Assembly: GCA_043822625.1 (NCBI GenBank)
Contig: JBDRBQ010000067.1
Location: forward strand, 1 to 61,346
From: Candidatus Omnitrophota bacterium
GTDB taxonomy: Bacteria; Omnitrophota; Gorgyraeia; DAOVKU01
DNA length: 61,346 bases
Direction of reading: 5' to 3'
Part shown: one piece after another, positions 10,185 to 18,748 of the stretch
Numbering within the stretch: the first letter of the stretch is position 1
How the letters are laid out: each line of letters begins with the position of its first letter
Made by a program: the position numbers and the translations under genes
The notes under the pieces: model-generated
Told to the model about the DNA's origin: nothing
The model's database searches: none
The model's input: only the letters and a program-made list of their open reading frames with translations

Positions 10185-10692
10185 AAACGTGCCTGCAAAA
10201 GAAGATTTTGAAAAAGCTTTCAACTACGCACTGCGCTTATTGAACTTAAGACAACGCAGTGAAAAAGAACTGAATGATAAATTCGCGCGAAAGGGTTATT
10301 CACGGACTCTAAATGATAAATTGATAAGAGAGTTAAAAAAAACGAATCTTATCAATGACATTGAATTCGCGCGCGCGTGGGTAAACACAAGAATGCTTCT
10401 TAAGCCTTCTGGGGTTTTTAAATTAAAACGAGAGTTAGTAATCAAAGGAATCAATACCGAAATAATAGAAACAACCATCGAAGAACTTAAAAACAACTAT
10501 GATTTAAAAAAAACAGCGTTTGAACTTGCCGAAAGGAAAAAACATACTTTAAAAAACAAAGACCGGCAAAAAGCAAAGAAAAATATTTATGATTATTTGA
10601 GACGGAGAGGATTTTCAGGAGAGATAATTTTTCCCGTCTTGAACAAACTTTTTAAATCAGACGATACATTGGATATAGACGAAAACAATTAA
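10153..10692 (+). CDS. recX: RecA regulator RecX
   Basis: Lies immediately after recA. Has three-helix-repeat RecX-like sequence (ALRLL..R.RSEKEL..KL..KG). The listed start overlaps recA by 32 nt; in-frame GTG 10189 is a more likely start. Confidence 0.78.
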   Translation: MKTRPKKKKNKNVPAKEDFEKAFNYALRLLNLRQRSEKELNDKFARKGYSRTLNDKLIRELKKTNLINDIEFARAWVNTRMLLKPSGVFKLKRELVIKGINTEIIETTIEELKNNYDLKKTAFELAERKKHTLKNKDRQKAKKNIYDYLRRRGFSGEIIFPVLNKLFKSDDTLDIDENN

Positions 10693-10726
10693 GAGCAAAT
10701 TCCCATAAATTAGAACAGGAATAAAA

Positions 10727-10750
10727 GTAGGGACAGGTCGAGACATGTCC
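10727..10750. repeat. GTAG-headed REP-like hairpin (GTAGGGACA family)
   Basis: GTAG then GGACAGGTC/GACATGTCC, 35 nt after the recX stop. Confidence 0.7.
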
Positions 10751-10764
10751 AATAAATTTTAAAT

Positions 10765-13395
10765 ATGAAGACGGATATTTTAAGAGAGACATACCTTTCT
10801 TTTTTCCAAAATAAAGACCATAAACTTGTTGGAAGTTCTTCACTTGCTCCCGAAGATGACCCCACACTGCTTTTTACAGGCGCGGGGATGAATCAGTTTA
10901 AAGAACAATTTAGAGGCAATGTCGGAGATTTCAGAAGAGCGGTAACCTGCCAGAAATGTCTTAGAACCGATGACCTTGAAAAAGTAGGCAAAACTCCCGC
11001 CCATCATACTTTTTTCGAAATGCTCGGGAATTTTTCATTTGGAAACTATTTCAAGAGAGAAGCTATTTTCTGGGCGTGGGAATTTTTGACAGAGGAATTA
11101 AAAATCGATCAAGAAAAACTCTGGATTTCGGTTTATAAAGACGACGTGGAAGCTTTCGATATATGGCACAAAGAAATAGGCGTGCCGGAGAAAAGAATAG
11201 TAAAATTAGGAGAAGTAGACAATTTCTGGCCGTCCGACGCCATCAAAAAAGGGCCGAACGGGCCCTGCGGACCTTGCTCTGAAATTTTTTATGACCAGGG
11301 CAGTGATAAAGGATGCAAAAAAAGTGATTGCTCTCCGGCCTGTGATTGCCGGCGTTTTGTGGAAATATGGAATCTGGTTTTTACCCAATTCGAAAGAAAA
11401 GAAGGGGCTAAATTAGATCCCCTGCCCAATAAAAATATAGACACCGGCATGGGGCTTGAGAGAATGGCCTCTGTTTTACAGGGAGTATCAACTAATTTCG
11501 AGATAGATATTTTAATGCCTGTTTTAAATTTTATCTGCGCCGAGGTCAATACCGATTATAAAACTCTTACAAAAAAAGAAGATGTTTATTGTATATGCGA
11601 CCACGTTCGCGCGGTCGTTTTCGCGATATGCGAAAATATCCTGCCCTCTAACGAAGAACGCGGATACGTGATAAGAAAAATTATAAGAAAAGCCTCCATG
11701 CACGCGCGCAATTTAAGTAAAACACGGGGGCCGTTTTTGCATAAAATCGTACCGGTTATCGCCCAAAGCATGGGAAAACATTACCCCGAACTTAAAATGA
11801 GACAGGACACCATAAGCCGGATAATATTAGCCGAAGAAAAACGCTTCGCCGAAATTCTGGAAAATTCAGAGAAAATGGTCGAAACTAAATTTTCTTCAGG
11901 ACAAAAAATCGATACCGGAAAAGCCGCGTTCGAACTTTACGATACTTTCGGCACGCCCATAGAAGTCACAAAAGAAATAGTAAAAAGACTTTTCACCCTC
12001 GAAATAGACGAAGAGAGTTTTAATAATTACATGTCTCATCAGAAAAATCTTTCAAGGGCCGGCAGTCAGATGAAAGGGGACGTGTTCGCCGAAGGCACAA
12101 AAGTTTTAAGCGGCATACCAAAAACAGATTTCAAAGGCTATGCAACTTTAGAAACAGAGGCAAAAATTATCCTGATTGCCGAAGGCGACGAAAAAAAAGA
12201 AAAGGCCCAAGGCAAAGGAAAATTTTCTCTTATTCTCGACAAGACACCTTTTTACGCGCAAAAAGGCGGACAAGCTCCCGATAAAGGAATAATCGAAACC
12301 AAAGACGGCGCGGTTTTTAAAGTGGAAGACACAAAAGCTTATAATGATATAGTTTTACATGAAGGATTCATTGAAAAAGGCGTAATTAACAACAATTCAG
12401 ACATAAAGGCAATAGTAAATAAAGAACGCCGCAAAGCAATCGCTAAACATCACACAGCAACACATCTGCTTCAAAGCGCTTTGAGAAAAATTTTAGGCGC
12501 GCATGTGGAACAGGCCGGTTCTTTCGTGGACGAAGACAGACTGCGCTTCGATTTCACGCATTTTAAAGGTTTAAGCGATGGGCAATTACTGGAAATAGAA
12601 AATACCGTCAATGAATATATAAAAAATAACTATAAAATCGAAGTACAAACTTTAGATAAAAAAGAAGCCATGAAATTAGGCGCTCTGGCTTTATTCGGAG
12701 AAAAATACGAAGATACTGTCAGGGTAATTATCATCGACGATATAAGCAAAGAATTCTGCGGGGGAACACATCTAAACTATACAGGCGAAGCAGAGCTGTT
12801 TAAAATAAAAAAAGAAAGTGCTGTTTCGGCAGGAGTACGCAGGATAGAAGCCGTTTGCGGTAAAAGCGCTTTAAAAGAAGAGGCAAAAGAACAGGCTGAA
12901 TTAGATGAACTCGCGCGCTGGTTTTCGGCTAAAAGCGGAAATATAATACCAAAATTGACACAGGCAGAAGAAAAAATAAAAGAACTTGAAAAAAAACTGA
13001 CTAGCCTCAGAGATAAAGGCATAAACGATTATATCCCCACGTTCAAAGAAAAAGCGTTAAAAATGGCAGATACTATAGTAATAATCAAAAACTTTTCGGA
13101 TATTTCGTCTGATTCGGTAAGAAATATTTGCGATAAATTAAAAGAGCAGGTAGATTCTTACGCGGCGGTTTTTATTTCCAAACTCGAAGATAAAATAAGT
13201 TTAATTGTTTCTCTTTCTAAGGATAACGTAACTAAAGGCCTGAACGCCAACGTTTTAGTGAAGGAAATAAGTAAACTTTTAAACGGTTCCGGCGGCGGCA
13301 GGCCGGATTTCGCGCAGGCCGGAGCCAGAAACAACGGTAAACTGGAAGAAGTTATTTCCGGTTTACCCGAAATGATGAAGGGGTATATAAAGTGA
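10765..13395 (+). CDS. alaS: alanyl-tRNA synthetase
   Basis: 876 aa with FTGAGMNQFK, the class II core, the editing-domain HHTATHLL...CGGTH motif and a C-terminal DHHA1-like domain. Confidence 0.96.
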   Translation: MKTDILRETYLSFFQNKDHKLVGSSSLAPEDDPTLLFTGAGMNQFKEQFRGNVGDFRRAVTCQKCLRTDDLEKVGKTPAHHTFFEMLGNFSFGNYFKREAIFWAWEFLTEELKIDQEKLWISVYKDDVEAFDIWHKEIGVPEKRIVKLGEVDNFWPSDAIKKGPNGPCGPCSEIFYDQGSDKGCKKSDCSPACDCRRFVEIWNLVFTQFERKEGAKLDPLPNKNIDTGMGLERMASVLQGVSTNFEIDILMPVLNFICAEVNTDYKTLTKKEDVYCICDHVRAVVFAICENILPSNEERGYVIRKIIRKASMHARNLSKTRGPFLHKIVPVIAQSMGKHYPELKMRQDTISRIILAEEKRFAEILENSEKMVETKFSSGQKIDTGKAAFELYDTFGTPIEVTKEIVKRLFTLEIDEESFNNYMSHQKNLSRAGSQMKGDVFAEGTKVLSGIPKTDFKGYATLETEAKIILIAEGDEKKEKAQGKGKFSLILDKTPFYAQKGGQAPDKGIIETKDGAVFKVEDTKAYNDIVLHEGFIEKGVINNNSDIKAIVNKERRKAIAKHHTATHLLQSALRKILGAHVEQAGSFVDEDRLRFDFTHFKGLSDGQLLEIENTVNEYIKNNYKIEVQTLDKKEAMKLGALALFGEKYEDTVRVIIIDDISKEFCGGTHLNYTGEAELFKIKKESAVSAGVRRIEAVCGKSALKEEAKEQAELDELARWFSAKSGNIIPKLTQAEEKIKELEKKLTSLRDKGINDYIPTFKEKALKMADTIVIIKNFSDISSDSVRNICDKLKEQVDSYAAVFISKLEDKISLIVSLSKDNVTKGLNANVLVKEISKLLNGSGGGRPDFAQAGARNNGKLEEVISGLPEMMKGYIK

Positions 13396-14615
13396 GAGTA
13401 ATCAAATATTCTAAAAGCGCGCTGGAAAAAATATATAACCGGCAGAACAAAAGCAAAAGAGGCATAGAAAGCAAAGTAAGAAAAATCGTAGAAGACGTGA
13501 GAAGCCACGGAGACGAAGCCCTTATAAAATACACCCAGAAATTCGACGGGTTAAAATTGACACCAAGACAAATAAGAGTCGGTGAAAACGAAATAAACGC
13601 GTCGTACCAGAATATACCGCCGAAATTTATAGATACTCTTAAAATTGCCATAGACAACATAAATAAGTTCTATAAAAAACAACTCAAGAAATCATGGAAA
13701 ATAAAAGACACTGACGGTGTCAGCCTTATGCAAAGATACCAGCCTCTGGAAAGAGTAGGTATATATATTCCCGCGGGAAGCGCTCCTTTGGTATCGAGTG
13801 TTTACATGACCGTAACTTTAGCAAAACTCGCGGGGGTAAAAGAAATAGTTTTGGCTACACCGCCTAATAAATTTAAAACCGTCGACCCCTATATTTTAGC
13901 GGTCGCGAACCTGCTTGAAGTAAAAGAAATTTATAAAATAGGCGGCGCTCAGGCAATCGCGGCTTTAGCTTTCGGAACTAAAATTATTCCCAAAGTGGAC
14001 AAAATCGTGGGCGCAGGTAATATGTATGTTGCCGAGGCGAAAAGACAGGTTTACGGCTACGTGGACATCGATATGGTTGCCGGCCCAAGCGAAGTCGTAG
14101 TAATAGCCAATCAATACAGCAACCCTGAATTCGTGAAAGCGGATCTATTGGCTCAAAGCGAACATTTTATGGGAAGTTCATTTTTAGTAACAACTTCTAA
14201 GACTTTGATAAACACTTTAAAAAAAGAAAATCTTACAGGCGTAACAGCCATTAAAGTAAAAAATTTACAGGAAGCCGTAGAGATAACGAACCGTATAGCG
14301 CCGGAGCATCTTCAGATTATGATTAAAAGCCCGAATGCAATTCTTAAAGAAATCAAAAACGCGGGCGCGATTTTCTTAGGCGCTTATACACCGACTGCCG
14401 TAGGGGATTATATCGCCGGGCCTTCGCACGTGCTTCCGACGGGAGGCACAGCCAGATTTTTTTCAGGCCTGAACTTAGCCGATTTTTATAAAAGCATGCA
14501 CATAATATCATATTCAAAAAAAGCGCTTGAGAAAGTATGCGAACCGATAAAAGCCATATCATCTCTGGAAGGTCTTGAAAAACACAAACAGTCAATAGAG
14601 GTGAGATTTAAATAA
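13392..14615 (+). CDS. hisD: histidinol dehydrogenase
   Basis: GGAQAIAALA.GT, AGPSE..VIA, LAQSEH and YIAGP.HVLPT motifs. Confidence 0.95.
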   Translation: MRVIKYSKSALEKIYNRQNKSKRGIESKVRKIVEDVRSHGDEALIKYTQKFDGLKLTPRQIRVGENEINASYQNIPPKFIDTLKIAIDNINKFYKKQLKKSWKIKDTDGVSLMQRYQPLERVGIYIPAGSAPLVSSVYMTVTLAKLAGVKEIVLATPPNKFKTVDPYILAVANLLEVKEIYKIGGAQAIAALAFGTKIIPKVDKIVGAGNMYVAEAKRQVYGYVDIDMVAGPSEVVVIANQYSNPEFVKADLLAQSEHFMGSSFLVTTSKTLINTLKKENLTGVTAIKVKNLQEAVEITNRIAPEHLQIMIKSPNAILKEIKNAGAIFLGAYTPTAVGDYIAGPSHVLPTGGTARFFSGLNLADFYKSMHIISYSKKALEKVCEPIKAISSLEGLEKHKQSIEVRFK

Positions 14616-14626
14616 ATACAAATAGG

Positions 14627-14654
14627 GTAGGGACAACCCTTGCGGTTGTCCGTA
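14627..14654. repeat. GTAG-headed REP-like hairpin (GTAGGGACA family)
   Basis: GTAG GGACAACC CTTGC GGTTGTCC GTA, 12 nt after the hisD stop. A TGCCTG-TG-GCAGGCA palindrome follows at about 14683-14699. Confidence 0.8.
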
Positions 14655-14720
14655 TATATATCATATATATCATGGGCGGAGGCCGTGCCTGTGGCAGGCA
14701 AGCCAGCCCATACACGAGTA

Positions 14721-15359
14721 ATGGGAGACAAACAAATGCAAAGAAAAATTTCTATCAAACGTAAGACAAACGAAGTTGATATCACCGGCAGTTTAAATAT
14801 AGACGGAAGCGGAAAATCAAAAGTAAAAACCGGCATTGATTTTCTCGACCACATGCTGACGCTTTTTTCCTTCTTCGGATTTTTTGATTTGGAAATAGAA
14901 GCTGTTGGCGACTTATCACACCACGCCAATGAAGATGTGGCTATCGCTATAGGTAAAGCGTTCGGGCAGGCTTTGGGCGAAGGTGTAGGAATTAAAAGAT
15001 ACGGTTTCGCGTTTTGCCCCATGGATAAAAGTTTATCTCGGTGCGTAATAGATATTAGCGGCAGACCGTCGGTTAGCGTTGTAGGTAAGCAAGTAAAAAC
15101 CAATGCTATTGATACAACTTTGGAATTCACAGCCATCGATCCCACTTTAAATTATAGTCTTGAAGAAGCAAAACATTTTTTAGAAGCGTTCGCAAATTCC
15201 GCAAAAATCACTATCAATATAGAAGCTCAGTTTGACGGAGATTTACACCATTTTCTGGAAGCCATCTTTAAATCCTTCGGACTCGCGCTGGACATGGCGA
15301 CACAAATAGACCATAGGCGCGAAGGCGTTACATCAACCAAAGGTGTCCTTGATTTATGA
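14721..15359 (+). CDS. hisB: imidazoleglycerol-phosphate dehydratase
   Basis: R.T.E..I...LN.DG.G, GI.F.DHML and H...E..FK..G.AL motifs. The listed ORF start (14640) lies inside the repeat; the real start is probably ATG 14721 or 14736. Confidence 0.9.
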   Translation: MGDKQMQRKISIKRKTNEVDITGSLNIDGSGKSKVKTGIDFLDHMLTLFSFFGFFDLEIEAVGDLSHHANEDVAIAIGKAFGQALGEGVGIKRYGFAFCPMDKSLSRCVIDISGRPSVSVVGKQVKTNAIDTTLEFTAIDPTLNYSLEEAKHFLEAFANSAKITINIEAQFDGDLHHFLEAIFKSFGLALDMATQIDHRREGVTSTKGVLDL

Positions 15360-15970
15360 TAGCTATTGTTGATTATGGAATGGGCAATTTAGGCAGTGTA
15401 AAAAAAGCCTTTGATTTTCTGGGCGCGAAATCTAAAGTTACGGATAAAGCAAGCGTTATTTTAAGCGCGGAAAAAATAGTTTTTCCCGGTGTAGGCGGGT
15501 TTCGCGACGCCATGGAAGAACTTGATAAAAGGCAGATAACAGAAGTTTTAAAAAAAGAAATAGCGAACAAAAAACCGTTTCTTGGTTTATGCCTTGGGGT
15601 ACAGCTTCTTTTTGAAGAAAGCGAAGAAGCCCCGGGAGTAAAAGGATTAGCTGTATTTAAAGGCAACGCAACAAAGTTTCAGGCTTCCCGCGGTTTCAAA
15701 GTTCCCCAGATAGGATGGAACGAATTAAACATTACAGCTCAGGGCAAAAAATGCCCTTTTCTTAAAGGTATAGAAAACGGCACTTTTGTATATTTTGTGC
15801 ATTCTTACTATGTCGAGCCGGAAGATAAAAAAATAACCGCGGCAACGTCGGATTACAAAAAAAAGTTTACCGCGTGCGTGTGGAAAGACAACGTCTTTGC
15901 CTGCCAGTTTCATCCGGAGAAAAGTCAAAAAGCAGGCTTAAAGATTTTGGAAAATTTTTGTAATTTATAA
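15356..15970 (+). CDS. hisH: imidazole glycerol phosphate synthase, glutaminase subunit
   Basis: Class I amidotransferase: GLCLG.Q (catalytic Cys) and the C-terminal QFHPEKS motif. Confidence 0.93.
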   Translation: MIAIVDYGMGNLGSVKKAFDFLGAKSKVTDKASVILSAEKIVFPGVGGFRDAMEELDKRQITEVLKKEIANKKPFLGLCLGVQLLFEESEEAPGVKGLAVFKGNATKFQASRGFKVPQIGWNELNITAQGKKCPFLKGIENGTFVYFVHSYYVEPEDKKITAATSDYKKKFTACVWKDNVFACQFHPEKSQKAGLKILENFCNL

Positions 15971-15971
15971 A

Positions 15972-15998
15972 GTAGGGACACAGTGTGCTGTGTCCGTA
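15972..15998. repeat. GTAG-headed REP-like hairpin (GTAGGGACA family)
   Basis: GTAG GGACACAG TGTG CTGTGTCC GTA, starting 2 nt after the hisH stop. Confidence 0.8.
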
Positions 15999-16043
15999 AT
16001 AAAGAGTAATAAAAATTCAAAAGAATAAGTATAGGGTGAAAAC

Positions 16044-16769
16044 ATGATTATCATAGCGGCAGTAGATATAAAAGATGGAAAAGCGGTAAGATTAACAGGC
16101 GGTGATTTTAAAAAAGATAAAATTTATTTCGATAATCCGGTTGACGCGGCCATGTTGTGGAAATCGCAGGGCATACAATACCTGCACGTCGTTGATTTGG
16201 AAGGAGCGGCACTTGGACGTTTGAAAAATTTCAAGAGTATAGAAACTATATGCAAAGCCATGAATATGCCCGTTGAAGTCGGCGGCGGAGTAAGAACAGA
16301 AGATGACATCCGCAAAGTTTTATCCGCCGGCGCTAAAAGAGCGGTGCTCGGAACAACCGCGGCCACAGACAAAGATTATCTTAAAAAACTGATAAAAAAA
16401 TTCAAAGCGAAAATAATTGTCAGCATAGACGCCGTTGACGGTAAAGTCGCGGTTAAAGGATGGAAAGATAAACTAAAAATAGAAGCGCTTGATTTTATAA
16501 AAGAATTAAAATCTTTCGGCATGGAAAACATAATTTATACCGACATAAAACGAGACGGAACGCTTAAAGGCGTCAGAACCGAAATAGCCGAAAAAATATT
16601 AAAAAAGACAAAAGTTAATCTTATCTTCGGCGGCGGAATTTCAAGCATAGACGACATCATCAGCCTTAAAAAACTGGAAAAATACGGCCTTTCGGGAGTC
16701 ATCATAGGCAAAGCTCTTTACGAAGGAAAAATAGATTTAAGAAAAGCGATTAAGATAGCATTGGAATAG
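16044..16769 (+). CDS. hisA: ProFAR isomerase
   Basis: I.A.D...GK.VRL..G, LH.VDL.GA and GG.I.S..D...L motifs, in the his cluster. Confidence 0.92.
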   Translation: MIIIAAVDIKDGKAVRLTGGDFKKDKIYFDNPVDAAMLWKSQGIQYLHVVDLEGAALGRLKNFKSIETICKAMNMPVEVGGGVRTEDDIRKVLSAGAKRAVLGTTAATDKDYLKKLIKKFKAKIIVSIDAVDGKVAVKGWKDKLKIEALDFIKELKSFGMENIIYTDIKRDGTLKGVRTEIAEKILKKTKVNLIFGGGISSIDDIISLKKLEKYGLSGVIIGKALYEGKIDLRKAIKIALE

Positions 16770-16966
16770 ATAGTATATGGTGAATGGTTTAATCGTTTAA
16801 TGGTGAATAGTATCGGTTTTGAATTTTTGTCATTTTTGCGTTAAAACGTCATGCTGAGTATAACGAAGCATCTCAATAAGAAGATTCTTCTTCGCCTATG
16901 GCGAATCAGAATGACGATAAAAACTATTCACCATTCACCATTCACTATTAAACTATTTACTATTAA
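16767..16966. repeat. composite repeat: heptamer arm, inverted GTCAT-type doublet, reverse heptamer arm
   Basis: The forward TNAATRG heptamer run (16767-16812) starts with the hisA TAG. The core CGTCATGCTGA...TCAGAATGACG (16847-16916) is an inverted doublet. The reverse arm CTATTCACCATTCACCATTCACTATTAAAC is at 16923-16966. Confidence 0.8.
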
Positions 16967-16977
16967 TATATAATATC

Positions 16978-17052
16978 GCCCCCGTAGTTCAACGGATAGA
17001 GCGCTAGCCTCCGAAGCTAGATGTGCAGGTTCGATTCCTGCCGGGGGCACCA
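16978..17052 (+). tRNA. tRNA-Arg (anticodon CCG), CCA encoded
   Basis: Hand-folded cloverleaf. Acceptor GCCCCCG/CGGGGGC, D stem GTTC/GAGC, anticodon stem CTAGC/GCTAG with loop CTCCGAA, T stem GCAGG/CCTGC with loop TTCGATT, discriminator A, then CCA. Confidence 0.9.
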
Positions 17053-17204
17053 AAGGAATCGAACCTAAAAGGGGATTTTAAGGGGAAAGATAGTTTCCCC
17101 TTATCGGCGCACTGGGACTTCCTGCGGAAGAAAGGAAAATATTAAAAGGAAAACCCGCCTACCGGCAGGCAGGCATCAGGTTTTCCTTTTAAAGAGCGAA
17201 GCGA

Positions 17205-17231
17205 CAGGTTTGGCTCCTGCCGGGGGCACCA
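17205..17231 (+). repeat. direct duplication of the tRNA-Arg 3-prime end (att-like)
   Basis: CAGGTTTGGCTCCTGCCGGGGGCACCA matches tRNA positions 17026-17052 at 24 of 27 bases. No matching 5-prime acceptor half lies upstream. Confidence 0.8.
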
Positions 17232-17236
17232 AAAAA

Positions 17237-17346
17237 CAGTAGATAGTAGTTAGTGAATAGTTGATAGTTTAATTTAATATATGTGTCATTCCCCACCCCG
17301 ATAAATTGTTTTCATAGTCATCGGGATAAACTCCGGCGGGGAATCC
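17237..17346. repeat. heptamer run plus GTCATTCCCC...GGGGAATCC palindromic element
   Basis: CAGTAGATAGTAGTTAGTGAATAGTTGATAG at 17237-17274, then GTCATTCCCCACC...GGCGGGGAATCC at 17285-17346. Confidence 0.7.
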
Positions 17347-17523
17347 AGAGTTTTTTGAATCGGGAATAGAATAAACTATGTGGACATGTCACGACCTGTC
17401 CGATACAACATATTAAAGATTTCAACTGATTACCGACTACTCATAACTGAAAACTATTTTTTTAAATTGAATACGTTGTACACTATGCGCTATGCGCTTC
17501 GCTCTATGCTTTAAAGGAAATAA

Positions 17524-18369
17524 ATGCTGGCAAAAAGAATAATTCCATGTTTGGACGTAAATAAAGGCAGGGTCGTTAAGGGAATAAAATTCCTTAATCT
17601 GAAAGACGCCGGAGATCCTGTTGACGCGGCTATCGCTTATGATAAAGCAGGTGCCGATGAATTGGTTTTTCTCGACATTACCGCCTCAAGTGAGAAAAGA
17701 AATATTATGCTTGAAGTAGTTACAAAAGTAGCCGAGCAAATATTTATCCCTTTTACCGTTGGCGGCGGCATAAGAACTATCGAAGATATCAGAAGATTGC
17801 TTACAGCAGGCTGTGATAAGGTTTCCATGAATACCGCCTGCGTGAAAAATCCTGATTTAATTAAGAATTCTTCAGCGCGCTTCGGAAGCCAGTGTATAGT
17901 GGTGGCTATTGACGCGAAGCTTCAAATCCCTCCGGTGGTGGAAAAGGGGACTCCCTCCTTTATTAAAGGAGGGCAGGGGAGGATTTCTCTTAAGAAAAAG
18001 CAGGCGATTAAAACTGATAAAATTTGGGAAGTTTTTATCCACGGCGGACGCACCCCTACAGGCATAGACGCGGTCTGGTGGGCAAAGAAAGCGGCGGAAC
18101 TCGGAGCCGGAGAAATTCTTTTAACCAGCATGGATTTTGACGGTACTGAAGCAGGTTACGACATAGAACTTACTAAAAAAGTCTCAGAAGCCGTTAATAT
18201 TCCGGTAATCGCTTCCGGAGGTGCGGGTAAACCAAAACATCTTTACGACGTATTAACCGGCGGAAAAGCAGACGCCGCGTTGTGCGCGTCTATCTTTCAT
18301 TATAAGAAACATACTGTGGCGGAAGTAAAAAAATATCTCAAAAGAAAAGGAGTTGTGGTAAGATTATGA
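17524..18369 (+). CDS. hisF: imidazole glycerol phosphate synthase, cyclase subunit, with an internal insertion
   Basis: [23 protein letters not shown] and LLTSMD.DGT..GYD motifs. At 281 aa it is about 30 aa longer than I recall for typical HisF, because of an insert after AIDAK. Confidence 0.95.
   Translation: MLAKRIIPCLDVNKGRVVKGIKFLNLKDAGDPVDAAIAYDKAGADELVFLDITASSEKRNIMLEVVTKVAEQIFIPFTVGGGIRTIEDIRRLLTAGCDKVSMNTACVKNPDLIKNSSARFGSQCIVVAIDAKLQIPPVVEKGTPSFIKGGQGRISLKKKQAIKTDKIWEVFIHGGRTPTGIDAVWWAKKAAELGAGEILLTSMDFDGTEAGYDIELTKKVSEAVNIPVIASGGAGKPKHLYDVLTGGKADAALCASIFHYKKHTVAEVKKYLKRKGVVVRL
17924..17986. repeat. 63-bp palindromic element (AAATCCCC...GGGGATTT family) inside the hisF reading frame
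   Basis: Ends AAATCCCTCC (17924-17933) and GGGGAGGATTT (17976-17986). Internal perfect palindrome CCCTCCTTT-ATT-AAAGGAGGG at 17953-17973. The architecture matches the intergenic copies at 23057-23147 and 48512-48551. Confidence 0.7.
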
Positions 18370-18746
18370 AGTTAGAACTTAAATTCAATCAGGACGGTCT
18401 CGTGCCTGCTATTGTGCAGGATTACAAAACCGGAGAAGTGCTTATGCTGGCATACATGAATCAGGCGGCTTTTGAAGAAACAGTACGTGTTAAAAAGGGC
18501 GTTTTCTTTTCCCGTTCACGACAGAAAATGTGGCTTAAAGGAGAATCCTCCGGTCATGTTCAGGAAGTAAAAGAAATTTTTATAGACTGCGATAAAGACG
18601 CCGTTTTATTAAAAGTAGAACAAACAGGGGGCGCGTGCCATACCGGTTTTTATTCCTGTTTTTACAGGCAGTACGACCCTGAAACCGGAGAATTAAAGGA
18701 AACCGGTAAAAAGATTTTCGAACCCGGCGATATTTATAAGAAATAA
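18366..18746 (+). CDS. hisI: phosphoribosyl-AMP cyclohydrolase (monofunctional, no HisE part)
   Basis: [23 protein letters not shown]...W.KGE.SG and C.TG..SCF motifs. Confidence 0.9.
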   Translation: MKLELKFNQDGLVPAIVQDYKTGEVLMLAYMNQAAFEETVRVKKGVFFSRSRQKMWLKGESSGHVQEVKEIFIDCDKDAVLLKVEQTGGACHTGFYSCFYRQYDPETGELKETGKKIFEPGDIYKK

Positions 18747-18748
18747 AG

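Noticed and set aside
14486-15145. A 219-aa minus-strand ORF.
   Set aside because: It is fully antisense to hisD and hisB, which have unmistakable signatures. Its product has no recognisable motif, and no RBS was evident.
17053-17231. A possible second or split tRNA gene, or a tRNA intron, downstream of tRNA-Arg.
   Set aside because: Only the T-arm and the 3-prime acceptor strand are duplicated. No complementary 5-prime acceptor strand, D-arm or anticodon arm can be folded upstream of the copy.
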